Source: Octopus vulgaris (taxonomy: Eukaryota). From it: 64,000 nucleotides of DNA. The stretch lies in assembly GCA_951406725.2 (NCBI GenBank), contig OX597836.1, positions 31,868,001-31,932,000 on the forward strand, read 5' to 3'. Below the pieces are notes generated by a model. That model did not search any database and had not been told where the DNA came from. It saw only the letters and a list, made by a program, of their open reading frames with translations. Positions 10,480 through 23,345 of this stretch are shown here, piece by piece (the stretch's first letter is position 1; every line of letters starts with the position of its first letter). The position numbers and the translations under genes are program-made.

Positions 10480-12318
10480 CAAGCTTCTTTTAGTTTCCGT
10501 CTACCTAATCCAGTCGCAAAGCTTTGGATTGGACTGAGGCTGTAGCAAATGACACTTGCCCAAAGGTGCTTTATAGTGGAACTGAACCCAGAGTCATGCT
10601 GTTTGAAAGCAAACCATTTTGCCACACATTTACACCTGTTCGGCAAGGTCTTTCATATGTCAGGAGATGGTCGAACATTCGCAGGTGCATTCTTTTGTTT
10701 GAATATATAAAAATAAATGCACTTTCTGTAAGCTTCCGAGAATGACGTCATGTATTGTGAAATCACCTGGCACAGGTTTGACACTTGCTGTAATGTTTTA
10801 TTTTACAAAATGGCAAAAAGTGGAAAAAAAAATAAAATAAAAAATAAAATAAAACATGGGGTAAATATTGTTTCACAGCTATTTCGGAATGGCTGTCCCA
10901 CATAAGTTGGATTTTTCTCCCTTTTCAGCGGGATTTTTCAGAAATCTTTTTTTGCACCCACTGCTTCAAATTGATATTGGTGAAATTTTTCTTTGAAAAA
11001 AATTTTTAATCCGTGATTTTGGAACGTGTCCCCACCCTATCTCACCGGCACCATCACCATTAATTCCGTCACCCCATGTTATAATAATCTATACATTGAA
11101 ACACATGTAATCTGCATTTTTAAAGAGGCAAAATTAGTCAAAAAATTTCATGATCACCAGCCTCGGTTAAAAAATTCTTTTTCACTTCAGAATTAAACCT
11201 TTTCATTTCAACATCAAAAACGTAGGAATCCAGAAAAAAAATTTCCAAAAAAATACATTTTTCTCGGAGAAGTGCGATTCTGCATTAGCCCCTAAAGTTT
11301 TGTTAGAAACATGTGAAGACTTCCACGTTGTTTCCAGTAGTTGCATGCAGCATGCTGAATTTTTCAAATTGTAATGATAATTTATGGACACCATGTATGT
11401 ATATAAAAGAATAAACAACTATATATATACAATGGGCTTCTTTCAGTTTCCGTCTACCATATTCACTCACAAGGCTTTGGTTTATCCAAAGCTATAGTGG
11501 AAGATATCTGCCCAAGGTGCCACTACGTGGGACTGAACCCGGAACTATGTGATTGGGAAGCAAGCTTCTTACCACACAGCCAGTGTGTGCATATATATAT
11601 ATATGCATATATATATATATGTATGCATATATTGGCCTACTCGCTTAGCCAGTGGGGTGGCGTCATTCGAAGGCTAAAACAATGCGAACGCATTGTGACC
11701 AGCGATGTGTAGCAACATCTGATAGTTTGGTCGGTCACGTGATCACGTGATATGCATATATATATATATGCATATATATAATGTGTGCATATATATATAT
11801 ATATGTGCATATATATATATATATATATTGGCACGCACACACTCACACACACACACAACAAGCTTTTAGTTTCCGTTTACCTAATCCAGTCGCAAAGCTT
11901 TGGATTGGACTGAGGCTGTAGCAAATGACGCTTACCCAAAGGTGCTTTATAGTGGAACTGAACCCAGAATCATGTTCTTTGAAAGCAAACCATTTTGCCA
12001 CACATTTACACCTGTTCGGCAAGGTCGTTCATATGTCAGGAGATGGTCGAACATTCGCTTGTGCATTCTTTTGTTTGAAAAAGAATAAACAACTATATAT
12101 ATATATACGATCGGCGTCTTTCAGTTTCCATCTACCATATTCACTCACAAGGCTTTGGTTGATCCAAAGCTATAGTGGAAGACATCTGCCCAAGGTGCCA
12201 CTACGTGGGACTGAACCCGGAACTATGTGATTGGGAAGCAAGATTCTTACCACACAGCAAGTGTGTGCATATATATATATATGCATATACAATGTGTGCA
12301 TATATATATATATATAGG

Positions 12319-12353
<35 letters not shown>

Positions 12354-14580
12354 CAAGCTTCTTTTAGTTTCCGTCTACCTAATCCAGTCGCAAAGCTTTG
12401 GATTGGACTGAGGCTGTAGCAAATGACACTTGCCCAAAGGTGCTTTATAGTGGAACCAAACCCAGAGTCATGCTGTTTGAAAGCAAACCATTTTGCCACA
12501 CATTTACACCCGTTCGGCAAGGTCTTTCATATGTCAGGAGATGGTCGAACATTCGCAGGTGCATTCTTTTGTTTGAATATATAAAAATAAATGCACTTTC
12601 TGTAAGCTTCCGAGAATGACGTCATGTATTGTGAAATCACCTGGCACAGGTTTGACACTTGCTGTAATGTTTTATTTTACAAAATGGCAAAAAGTGGAAA
12701 AAAAAATAAAATAAAAAATAAAATAAAACATGGGGTAAATATTGTTTCACAGCTATTTCGGAATGGCTGTCCCACATAAGTTGGATTTTTCTCCCTTTTC
12801 AGCGGGATTTTTCAGAAATCTTTTTTTGCACCCACTGCTTCAAATTGATAATGGGGAAATTTTTCTTTGAAAAAATTTTTAATCCGTGATTTTGGAACGT
12901 GTCCCCACCCTATCTCACCGGCACCATCACCATTAATTCTGTCACCCCATGTTATAATAATCTATACATTGAAACACATGTAATCTGCATTTTTAAAGAG
13001 GCAAAATTAGTCAAAAAATTTCATGATCACCAGCCTCGGTTAAAAAATTCTTTTTCACTTCAGAATTAAACCTTTTCATTTCAACATCAAAAACGTAGGA
13101 ATCCAGAAAAAAAAATTTCCAAAAAAATACATTTTTCTCGGAGAAGTGCAATTCTGCATTAGCCCCTAAAGTTTTGTTAGAAACATGTGAAGACTTTCAC
13201 GTTGTTTCCAGTAGTTGCATGCAGCATGCTGAATTTTTCAAATTGTAATGATAATTTATGGACACCATGTATGTATATAAAAGAATAAACAACTATATAT
13301 ATACAATGGGCTTCTTTCAGTTTCCGTCTACCATATTCACTCACAAGGCTTTGGTTTATCCAAAGCTATAGTGGAAGATATCTGCCCAAGGTGCCACTAC
13401 GTGGGACTGAACCCGGAACTATGTGATTGGGAAGCAAGCTTCTTACCACACAGCCAGTGTGTGCATATATATATATATATGCATATATATATATGTATGC
13501 ATATATTGGCCTACTCGCTTAGCCAGTGGGGTGGCGTCATTCGAAGGCTAAAACAATGCGAACGCATTGTGACCAGCGATGTGTAGCAACATCTGATAGT
13601 TTGGTCGGTCACGTGATCACGTGATATGCATATATATATATATGCATATATATAATGTGTGCATATATATATATATATATGCATATATATATATATATAT
13701 AGGCACGCACACACTCACACACACACACACAACAAGCTTTTAGTTTCCGTTTACCTAATCCAGTCGCAAAGCTTTGGATTGGACTGAGGCTGTAGCAAAT
13801 GACGCTTACCCAAAGGTGCTTTATAGTGGAACTGAACCCAGAATCATGTTCTTTGAAAGCAAACCATTTTGCCACACATTTACACCTGTTCGGCAAGGTC
13901 GTTCATATGTCAGGAGATGGTCGAACATTCGCTTGTGCATTCTTTTGTTTGAATATATAAAAATAAATGCACTTTCTGTAAGCTTCCGAGAATGACGTCA
14001 TGTATTGTGAAATCACCTGACACAGGTTTGACACTTTCTGTAATGTTTTATTTTACAAATTGGCAAAAAGTGAAAAAAAAAAAATAAATAAATAAAATAA
14101 AACATGGGGTAAATATTGTTTCACTATTTCAAAATTCATTTACTTATTTTGCCGTGTAGAAAAAGGGAAGGATTTTACAGAATGGTAAAAGGGGGAAAAT
14201 ATAAGATTCATAATTCTAGGGCGAAAAAAATAAAGAAAAATTATGTGCGACAGCTATTTCGGAATGGCTGTCCCACATAATTTGGATTTTTCTCCGTTTT
14301 CGGCGGGATTTTTCAGAAATCTTTTTTTGCACCCACTGCTTCAAAATGATAATGGGGAAATTTTTCTTTGAAAAAATTTTTAATCCGTGATTTTGGAACG
14401 TGGCCCCACCCTACCTCACCGGGACTATCACCATTAATTCCATCACCCCATGTTAAAATATTCCATACATTTGAAACACATGTAATCTGCATTTTTTAAA
14501 GAGGCAAAATTAGTCAAAAAACTTCATGATCACCGGCCTCGGTTAACAAATTCTTTTTCACTTCAGAATTAAACCTTTTC
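9766..14580 (+). repeat. Nested tandem segmental duplication (periods ~1204 bp and ~1874 bp) built from an unknown repeat plus family A SINE halves
   Basis: Near-identical ORF pairs are offset by 1874 (10524/12398, 11497/13371, 11900/13774) and by 1204 (9999/11203). The block GAAAAAATTTTTAATCCGTGATTTTGGAACG occurs four times. Confidence 0.93.
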
Positions 14581-15280
14581 TTTTCAAACTTTTTTTACAT
14601 TTATAAAAAGTAAATGAATTTTAAAGTAAGAGTGGAACTATATTTACCCCCATATTTAGTGAAAAAAAAGTGTTTTAATGAGAACTCAGAATATCACATA
14701 ATGTACTACTGACAAACAAATTTACTATAGAATTACAAATCATCCTGTATGAGAATAAAAGAATAAACTAAAATAATATATCTTACCTTCACATTAAATT
14801 TATATCCCATTACGGTTTCAAAGCAGTTTCATACGGATTTTTTCTCTTCTAATTTTCTTTTCTAGCAGCCAAAAAGTTAAAAAAACACATTTGACGGAAA
14901 ATAGGGTCAGTTTTTTTTTCCCAGAATGGGTGTGGTTATTTGAATTTAATTACAATGTGTGGGCCGTTACATTACTATTTTGTCGACTCTTCAGGGTATT
15001 ATAAAGAGAACTTGCTGCTTTAGTTTCTAGAGAATGTCAACATTTACATAGATATATCGTTCACAAACGGGTCTATCAAGGCGGACTGTTTGAATTGATT
15101 TAGAGCTAAATGTGTGTATGTGTAAACCTAAAGTGTACACACACAGATCTGTTTGCTGTTGAAACTTTTATTTGAATAGATGATAAGAAACGGGATATAT
15201 ATGAATGCGTGTGACCTTTCCATATGAAGGGTTTTAACGGTAAGCTATATTATCGCCTATAATTCGTATAATTTCTTTTA

Positions 15281-15281
15281 T

Positions 15282-15319
<38 letters not shown>

Positions 15320-15348
15320 TGATGATAATAATAATAATAATGATGATG

Positions 15349-15379
<31 letters not shown>

Positions 15380-15435
15380 TGATGATGATGATAATAATAA
15401 TAATAATAATAATAATGGTGATAATAATAATAATG

Positions 15436-15481
<46 letters not shown>

Positions 15482-15752
15482 TGATGATAATAATAATAAA
15501 TAATAATAATGATAATAATGATAATAATAATAATAATAATAATGATAATAATAATAATAATAATGATAATAATAATAATAATAATAATAATGATGATAAT
15601 AATGATAATAATAATAATAATAATAATGATGATAATAATAATAATGATAATAATAATGATAATAATAATAATAATGATGATAATAATAATAATAATTATG
15701 ATGATAATAATAATAATGATGATAATAATAATAAATAATGATAATAATAATG

Positions 15753-15786
<34 letters not shown>

Positions 15787-15955
15787 TGATGATAATAATA
15801 ATAATAATGATGATAATAATAATAATAATGATGATAATAATAATAATAATGATGATGATAATAATAATAATAATGATGATAATAATAATAATAATGATGA
15901 TGATAATAATAATAATAATAATAATGATGATAATAATGATGATAATAATAATAAT
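15281..15955. repeat. (AAT)n/(GAT) compound microsatellite, ~675 bp
   Basis: Seen directly; it abuts the 3' end of a minus-strand family B SINE (15956-16170). Confidence 0.98.
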
Positions 15956-16206
15956 GGTTTCAAATTTTGCAACAAGAGCAGCAATTTTGGGGGAGGAACT
16001 GAGTCGATTACATCGACCCCCCAGTGTTCAGCTGGTACTTATTTTATCGATTCCAAAAGGATGAAAGGCAAAGTCGACCTCGGCGGAATTTGAACTCAGA
16101 ACATTGCAACGGGCGAACTACCGCTAAGTATTTCGTCCAGCGTATCAATGATTCTGCCAGTTCTTTGCCCTAATAATAATAATAATAATAATAATAGTAA
16201 TAATAA

Positions 16207-18008
16207 GTAGCACCAACAATCATAAAATTCATAGAGCACTCTATGAATAAATGGCAAACAGTCCTACACCTCCAAACAAAAGAGGGACTCATGAAAACCA
16301 AAGACATCCCCATTAGAAGAGGAATATTCCAGGGAGACACGCTCTCTCCACTCCTTTTCTGCTTGGCACTGTCACCTCTATCTGATATGCTAAATAGAAC
16401 TGGATGCGGATATAAATGTTACGGCAAAACGATCAGCCACCTTTTATATATGGATGACCTAAAACTATACGCTGCAAATGACAAACAGCTGGAAACACTA
16501 TTAAAGACAGTTCATGGATTTACCAAAGAAATAGATATGAAATTTGGATTAGAAAAATGCGCCAAAGTAACCTTGAAAAGAGGAAAACTAGTTAAGAGTA
16601 ACAACATCACACTAGATAAAACCAATGAAATAAAAGAATTAGACCAAAGCCAAACTTACAAATACTTAGGAATCCATGAACTAGATAAGACACAACACAC
16701 ACAAATGAAAGAGAACATAAAAAAAGAATATTATAGACGAGTTAGATCAATACTAAAAACAGAGCTCAATGCTAAAAACAAGATAATAGGTATCAACACT
16801 TTAGCTGTCCCAGTTATAAGTTACAGCTACAATATCCTTAACTGGACACGAAATTAACTGTCCAAAATAGATAGGAAAACAAGAAAAATACTGACAGGAT
16901 CTAGGATGCATCACCCAAAATCTGACATAGAAAGACTATATATACAACGTATAGAAGGTGGTAGAGGCCTTATACAGCTGGAAAACTACTATAAAATAAC
17001 CACCATAGGACTGCAAAAATACCTACTTCAGAAGGAAGGAAAACTGATCCAGATAGCAGCAAAACACGAGCAAAACAAAAAACTGTTCTCAGTATTTAAG
17101 GAAGCTGACAAATACAAACAAGAAATCATACCACCTAATAAACACAAAGAAGAAGAAGAAGATGATGAAGAAACAACAAAAGCTATAGAACAAATGAAAT
17201 CCAAACTAAAAATAGAACAGCAACGAGCCATGATAAAACGATGGCAAGAAAAGCCCCTTCATGGTAAATACTGGACTAAACTAAACGCAAAAGAAATAGA
17301 CAAAGAAAAATCCCAGCAATGGTTGAGAAGCTCAGGACTCAAAGCAGAAACAGAGGGATTTTTAATTGCAGCACAAGACCAAAGCCTCCCCACCAGAAAT
17401 TACCAAAAACATGTAATGAAAAGAAATATTACAAGTAACTGCAGAATATGTGGAGATGGACAAGAAACAATAAATCATATTATCTCTAGCTGCCCAGTCC
17501 TGGCTAAGAAGGAATATATTCACAGACATGACAGAGTTGGAACCTACATACATTGGAAGCTATGCCAACATTATGGAATAACAACAGAAAAAAGATGGTA
17601 TAGGCACACACCAGAAAAGGTCACAGAAAACGAGAAAGCAACCATACTCTGGGATATGCCGATACACACAGATAGAGAAATTAAGGCCAACAGACCAGAT
17701 ATAGTTGTCAGAGATCATGAAGAAAAAAATGCTTTCTAATTGATGTATCAATACCGGCAGATGACAACGTGTCTCTAAAAGAAATGGAGAAACTCTCAAA
17801 ATACAAAGACCTGGAAATAGAGGTAACTAGAATGTGGAACCTGAAAACAGAAACAATTCCTATCATAGTAGGTGCATTAGGCATGATAAAAAAATATTCA
17901 GACAAATACATAACAAAAACACCAGGACTTACAAACACATATAACATACAGAAAATTGCACTACTAGGCACTGCACACATCCTACGCAGAACACTTTCCA
18001 TACAATAA
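16207..18008 (+). pseudogene. Dong-type RT-endonuclease ORF broken by one in-frame stop (16855-16857) and one frameshift in an A-run (~17725)
   Basis: ORFs 16243-16857 and 16906-17739 share a frame. ORF 17769-18008 is shifted and restores KKCFLIDVSIPADDNVSLKEMEKLSKY. Confidence 0.9.
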
Positions 18009-18102
18009 CCATCAGAGCATCACAACAAATCACAGCACATACCCAAGGCACACAGAACTGCGCTCGGTAGTGAAGTGAAAGCACGCTATAAAAATAAAAC
18101 TA

Positions 18103-18106
<4 letters not shown>
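16207..18106 (+). mobile_element. 5'-truncated R4/Dong-clade non-LTR retrotransposon (RT, CCHC zinc knuckle, restriction-like endonuclease)
   Basis: RT motifs RGIFQGDTLSPLLF and HLLYMDDLKLY; CRICGDGQETINHIISSC knuckle; RHD; RPDIVV...LIDVSIP...KLSKY endonuclease. (TAA)n on both sides is the known Dong target. Confidence 0.93.
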
Positions 18107-18143
<37 letters not shown>

Positions 18144-18147
18144 TAAT

Positions 18148-18684
18148 GCCCTGATGCAGTACCAGGCAGTGGCTCTTGTGGCTTCTGATCTTAACTGATT
18201 GGAAGTGTTATCATGCACATTGTTTTGACTTGGTATAAAAGATGGGCTACAGCAAATATTCTGCTCAATACCACAGATTTGCTTGTCAGTTCTCTGACCA
18301 TAACCAGTTGAGTATGTCCCTTTGTGGCTGATGATATGTGCATCTCTGATCACGAGCAGAAGTAGTGGGGGAGCAATCATAGCCATATGTAGAGAGGAAT
18401 TCTTTTGGGTTTCGAATAATTCACCTCTGGAAACATGGTGTTTCATTCAACATCCTTAAACAACCCTTATTCAGGGACCTTTTGACCAGAAGAAAATTCT
18501 AACTGGGCCCCACCTGCAAGGTCATGTGCTGTTTATCTTGATTTGAGATCACCATGTCGTGCACATATGGTTGTGATGCATGTGCCTAGTGTACCCTTAT
18601 CAGACGGATAGTCATGATGGGTATGCTGGGTTTTGTATATTTTACCCCATTGTCAATTTGATGGCATGCACTGCTCTCTCACTC
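18148..18684 (+). mobile_element. Unclassified ~540-bp non-coding insertion between (TAA)n tracts (probable retroelement 3' portion)
   Basis: Sharp boundaries with (AAT)n on both sides, higher GC than background, and no similarity to the adjacent Dong 3' end. Confidence 0.5.
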
Positions 18685-18741
<57 letters not shown>

Positions 18742-19762
18742 CTTTTCTACTATAGGCACAAGGCCTGAAGTTTGGGGGATGGGGCCAGACGATTAGATTG
18801 ACCCAGTACGCAACTGGTACTTAATTTATCGATCCCGAAAGGATGAATGTGACACAAGGCCTCAAATTTGCGGAGAGAGGACTAGTCGAATGAAGGAATG
18901 TACTTCAAAGAAATATTGACCATTTGTAAAAATATATCTTACGGTAAAAACAATAGAAGTAAAACTGTTTCCAACAATCGTAATTCGTTTCATTTCCATG
19001 AAACGTTCGAGTGTGACTACTGGGACAACTAACGGACCCAGCATAATTGGGCATTCCCTAGACTGTTTTTCTTATGAAGATGGGCACTTCTGCCTGAAAT
19101 ATAAAGGTTTTATTGTACTTATTGCATTGCTAGAAGCTCTCTATTCTCTCTCTTTTCACATTCTCTGATATCACAATGTCCAAGCAAGCTACAACACTCT
19201 TAATGTTCTAAAAAAGATTTTTCATTAGCATTATTTCTACATTTTCCCTTATATATAAATTTTTCTCTCCTAATTCATTTGGTTTCTCATTGCTCATTGT
19301 TACTGCTTTATATTTTTTCTATTATTGCTCTCCTTTAAAAAAAAATTATTTCTGATAAATATTAATTAAAAAATTAATTCTAAATAGAACATATTCCATA
19401 ATACTCAATGTAAAGAAAGTGCTGTTCAATTTAGAATTTCTAGCAACAACGAATAGGCATCAATTAATGATCAATAAGAAATAACATAATATGAAAAATT
19501 AAGCTAAATTTATTATTAGAATAATGTTTATTAATTTTTCTGCATTGCCTGTAATAAAAGTGGACTAGAATCAAAAAATGCAAGCAAGGGATAACAATAT
19601 TCTTAAGTAATTAATAAACCTGTAAAAGTACAGGGGAAGAAGTAAGCCTAAAATAAAAGAAAAGAGCTTAAAATATTTTCTTTCCTCTCTAGGCATAAGG
19701 CCCGAAATTTTGATGGAGGAGCCAGTCGATTAGATCGGCCCCAGTACACAACTGGTACTTAA

Positions 19763-19988
19763 TTCCTAAGGTATTTTTTGATGTTATTATTGTTAGTGTT
19801 CAGGTTACTGCTTGGAATTGAACTCGGAATCTTGGGGTTAGTAGACCATGCTCTTAACCCCTATGTCATACAGCCATGGGCAATTATGGAGTGAATTTTA
19901 GGGCTTATAAATCTAATATTTTTCTATCTTTCCTTAATACCGGTTCCCATATGCTGCTCATATCTGCACTTGGTCTGCTTAGGAGGTT
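19763..19988 (-). mobile_element. Family H element, partial (upstream region plus tRNA-like head)
   Basis: Reverse-complement homology to 1230-1450. Confidence 0.8.
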
Positions 19989-20222
19989 CTAGGTAAATAA
20001 ATTAAATGTTTGATTTTAGTAATATTTAAGCCTATTTAAGTAAAATGTTTTCTTTGTTATATTTTCGAAGAAAAATATTTTACTTTACTTTTAATTTTCG
20101 TTTAGTTAACTGTTTGTCATTTCATTTTACTGTCAGGTAAATCTAAGTTTCTCTCAAATAAATGCAGAAATAAACAAAAATGAATCCCTATTTCAAAAAT
20201 CTTAAAACAATTTTCCTTTGAT

Positions 20223-20636
20223 AGGCGCAGGAGTGGCTGTTTGGTAAGTAGCTTGCTAACCAACCACATGGTTCCGGGTTCAGTCCCACTGCGTGGCATC
20301 TTGGGCAAGTGTCTTCTGCTATAGCCCCGGGCCGACCAATGCTTTGTGAGTGGATCTGGTAGACGGAAACTGAAAGAAGCCTGTTGTATATATGTATATA
20401 TATATAAGTGTGTGTGAATATGTTTGTGTGTCTGTGTTTGTTCCCCTAGCATTGCTTGACAATCGATGCTGGTGTGTTTACGTCCCCGTCACTTAGCGGT
20501 TCGGCAAAAGAGACCGATAGAATAAGTACTGGGCTTACAAAGAATAAGTCCCGGGGTCGAGTTGCTCGACTAAAGGCGGTGCTCCAGCATGGCCGCAGTC
20601 AAATGACTAAAACAAGTAAAAAGAGTAAAAGAGTAT
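20223..20636 (+). mobile_element. SINE family A, full length, young copy
   Basis: Complete head, body and (AGTAAAAG)n tail, with CpGs largely retained. Confidence 0.92.
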
Positions 20637-20841
20637 ACCTGGGAATTTGTGATAAAGCATCAGATTGTTTTTATAGAATTTTATATTTAGCTGCAATATT
20701 TTGAGCTCTTTTCTTTATTTTAGGCTTACTTCTTGGGTGAAAGATGGCTGATCAGTTTTGAATGGCGAGGCTTATTTGAATATTTTACTTAATAGGCAAC
20801 ACGTTCAAATTTTATTTTAGCTGCAATATTTTAAGCCTTTA

Positions 20842-21195
20842 AGGCGGTGAGCTGGCAGAAATGTTAGCACGCCGGGCGAAATGCCTAGCGATATTTCGTC
20901 TGCCGTTATGTTCTGAGTTCAAATTCCACCGAAGTTGACTTTGTCTTTCATCCTTTCGGGGCCAATACATTAAGTACCAGTTGTGTACTGGGGTCGATCT
21001 AATCGACTGGCCCCCCCTGCCCCAAAATTTCAGACCTTGTGCCTAGAGTAGAAAGGAATGCTTAGCGGTATTTTGTCTGCCAGGGTCAACTTTGTCTTTC
21101 ATCCTTTCGGGGCCAATAAATTAAGTGCCAGTTGCGTACTTAATGCTAAGCATTTCGCCCAGAGTGCTAATGATTCTGCCAGCATGTTGCCTTTC
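20842..21195 (+). mobile_element. SINE family B with rearranged partial copies
   Basis: Full head and body with tail CCTAGAGTAGAAA, followed by a partial repeat and an inverted head fragment. Confidence 0.8.
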
Positions 21196-21357
21196 CAAGC
21201 AGGGTAATATTTCTTTATGACCAGGTAAGTTTGTTATAGAAGAATGGAAACAAACAATGCCACTTGTACAACAGTGATACTTGTTTACAACTATCACATG
21301 ATATCAAAATAAAGGTGTAAACAAACATACGCATGCATACATATACATATATATCTC

Positions 21358-22345
21358 TCTTTCTCTTTTTACTTGTTTCAGTCATTTGACTGCGGCCATG
21401 CTGGAGCACCGCCTTTAGTCGAGCAAATCAACCCCGGGACTTATTCCTTGTAAGCCTAATATTTATTCTATCGGTCTCTTTTGCCGAAACACTAAGTGAC
21501 AGGGACGTAAACACACCAGCATCAGTTGTCAAGCGATGTTGGGGGGACAAACACAGACACACAAACATATACACACACATACATATATATATATACATAT
21601 ATATGACAGGTTTCTTTCAGTTTCCGTCTACCAAATCCACTCACAAGGCACTGGTTGGCCTGAGGCTATAGCAGAAGACACTTGCCCAAGGTGCCACGCA
21701 GTGGGACTGAACCCGGAACTATGTCGTTGGTATGCAAGCTACTTACCACACGATGGGCTTCTTTTAGTTTCCATCAACCAAATCCACTCACAAGTCTTTG
21801 GTCACCCTCGGACCATAGTAAATTAGAAGACACTTGCTTCAGGTGCCGCACAGTAGGACTGAACCCAAAACCACATGGTTGTGAAGCAAGCACTTTAACC
21901 ACACTGCCAGGCCAGCACTCAGGTATACACTTTTACTCTTTTACCTTTTACTCTTTTACTTGTTTCAGTCATTTGACTGTGGCCATGCTGGAGCACCACC
22001 TTTAGTCAAGCAAATCGACCCCAGGACTTATTCTTTGTAAGCCTAGTACTTATTCTATCGGTCTATTTTGCCGAACTGCTAAGTTACGGGGACGTAAGCA
22101 CACCAGCATCAGTTGTCAAGCGATTTTGGGGGACAAACACAGAGATGGAAACACATACACACACACACATATATATATATACATATATATACGACGGGCT
22201 TCTTTCAGTTTCTGTCTACCAAATCCACTCACAAGGCTTTGGTTGGCCCAAGGCTACAGTAGAAGACACTTGCCCAAGGTGCCACACAGCGGGACTGAAC
22301 TCGGAACCATGTGGTTGGTAAGCAAGCTACTTACCACACAGCCAT
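21358..22345 (-). mobile_element. Cluster of two full and one partial family A SINEs
   Basis: Repeated TACTTGTTTCAGTCATTTGACTG...CTTACCACAC units. Confidence 0.88.
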
Positions 22346-23033
22346 TGGGTAATTTCAAAAATATAAGACTTGCTCAATAATTAGTTTAGGTCTTATAATA
22401 ACAAGTGGCAATCACTGCCAAGATTTTGTTGATTATTAAAGCAGGACATTTGCAATTCGATGACATGAAATTTCAACCTTGCATTATAAATATCACACAA
22501 TCTAATTTTATCTGTTCCGTCTTTCTATAAGTTATTAAAATTGAATCTTTTCATATAATTATTTCATCTATCTTTGCCAGGGTGTCCCACCTCTTCATGA
22601 ATTTTCTTTGTTCTCTGTTGTCTGTTCATCTTTTTGGCATACATTCAATATCTTTAAGACTTACAGAAATTCTACTTAAGGCATCTCATCTCCAACCAAA
22701 TTCTCTCCTCTCAGACAGTAATATAGTTCATGTGAGAATAATTCTGAATGGTATAATCTCCAACTATCAACAAGGAAATTTGTTGATTTGTGACATGTTT
22801 AAATCTTGCGCTTGTAGGTCACAGTTTTCTAGCAATTGTAAGAACTTCTAGCCTTGTAGCTGACCATTTCCTTTCAGTGTCATTCAATGCATGGGAATAA
22901 AAGAAAATTGGTTGCCAATTTTTCACAAGAACAAAAGATAATACTGAAAATGCATCTGTTTCAAGAACTGGGTGTCAGAACAGATAACAAAGCCACTGCA
23001 ATACTTGTGTTTCACCTGCTTAATTACATCAGT

Positions 23034-23345
23034 GAAGGCATGTGGCTAAGTGGTTAGGGAAATTCGTTCATGACTGTAAGGTCATGAGTTCAATACCTGG
23101 TGGTGTTTTGTGTTCAAACACTTTATTTGATGTTGCTCTAATCCACTAAGTTGGAGAAAACGAGTGGTACCTGTATTTCAAAGGGCCAACCTCATCGCAT
23201 TCTTTGTTACATTGAATCTCCCTGAAATCTACATTATGGTTACGAGTATCTGTGGAGTACTCAGCCACTTGCATGTTAATTTTATGAGTTGGCTGTTCCA
23301 TTGATTAGATTAACTGGAACACTCATTATCGTAACCAATGAAGTG
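23034..23345 (+). mobile_element. SINE family C
   Basis: GAAGGCATGTGGCTAAGTGGTTAG head, GAGTTCAATACC B box. Confidence 0.7.

Noticed and set aside
15250-16093. Long poly-I/N/L/Y ORFs (and similar ORFs at 24.0, 31.5, 36.8, 42.3, 50.3, 52.9, 55.7, 56.3, 58.3 and 62.8 kb)
   Set aside because: They are translations of stop-free microsatellites.
18325-18385. CTGATGA in the TAA-flanked insertion as a hammerhead
   Set aside because: No GAAA-NUH follows a stem II; the motif sits within a simple stem.
20117-20704. Recurrent ORFs such as ASFSFRLPNPLTR...RHLPKVPRSGTEPGTMW
   Set aside because: They are translations of SINE family A and recur wherever the SINE occurs; they are not a gene family.
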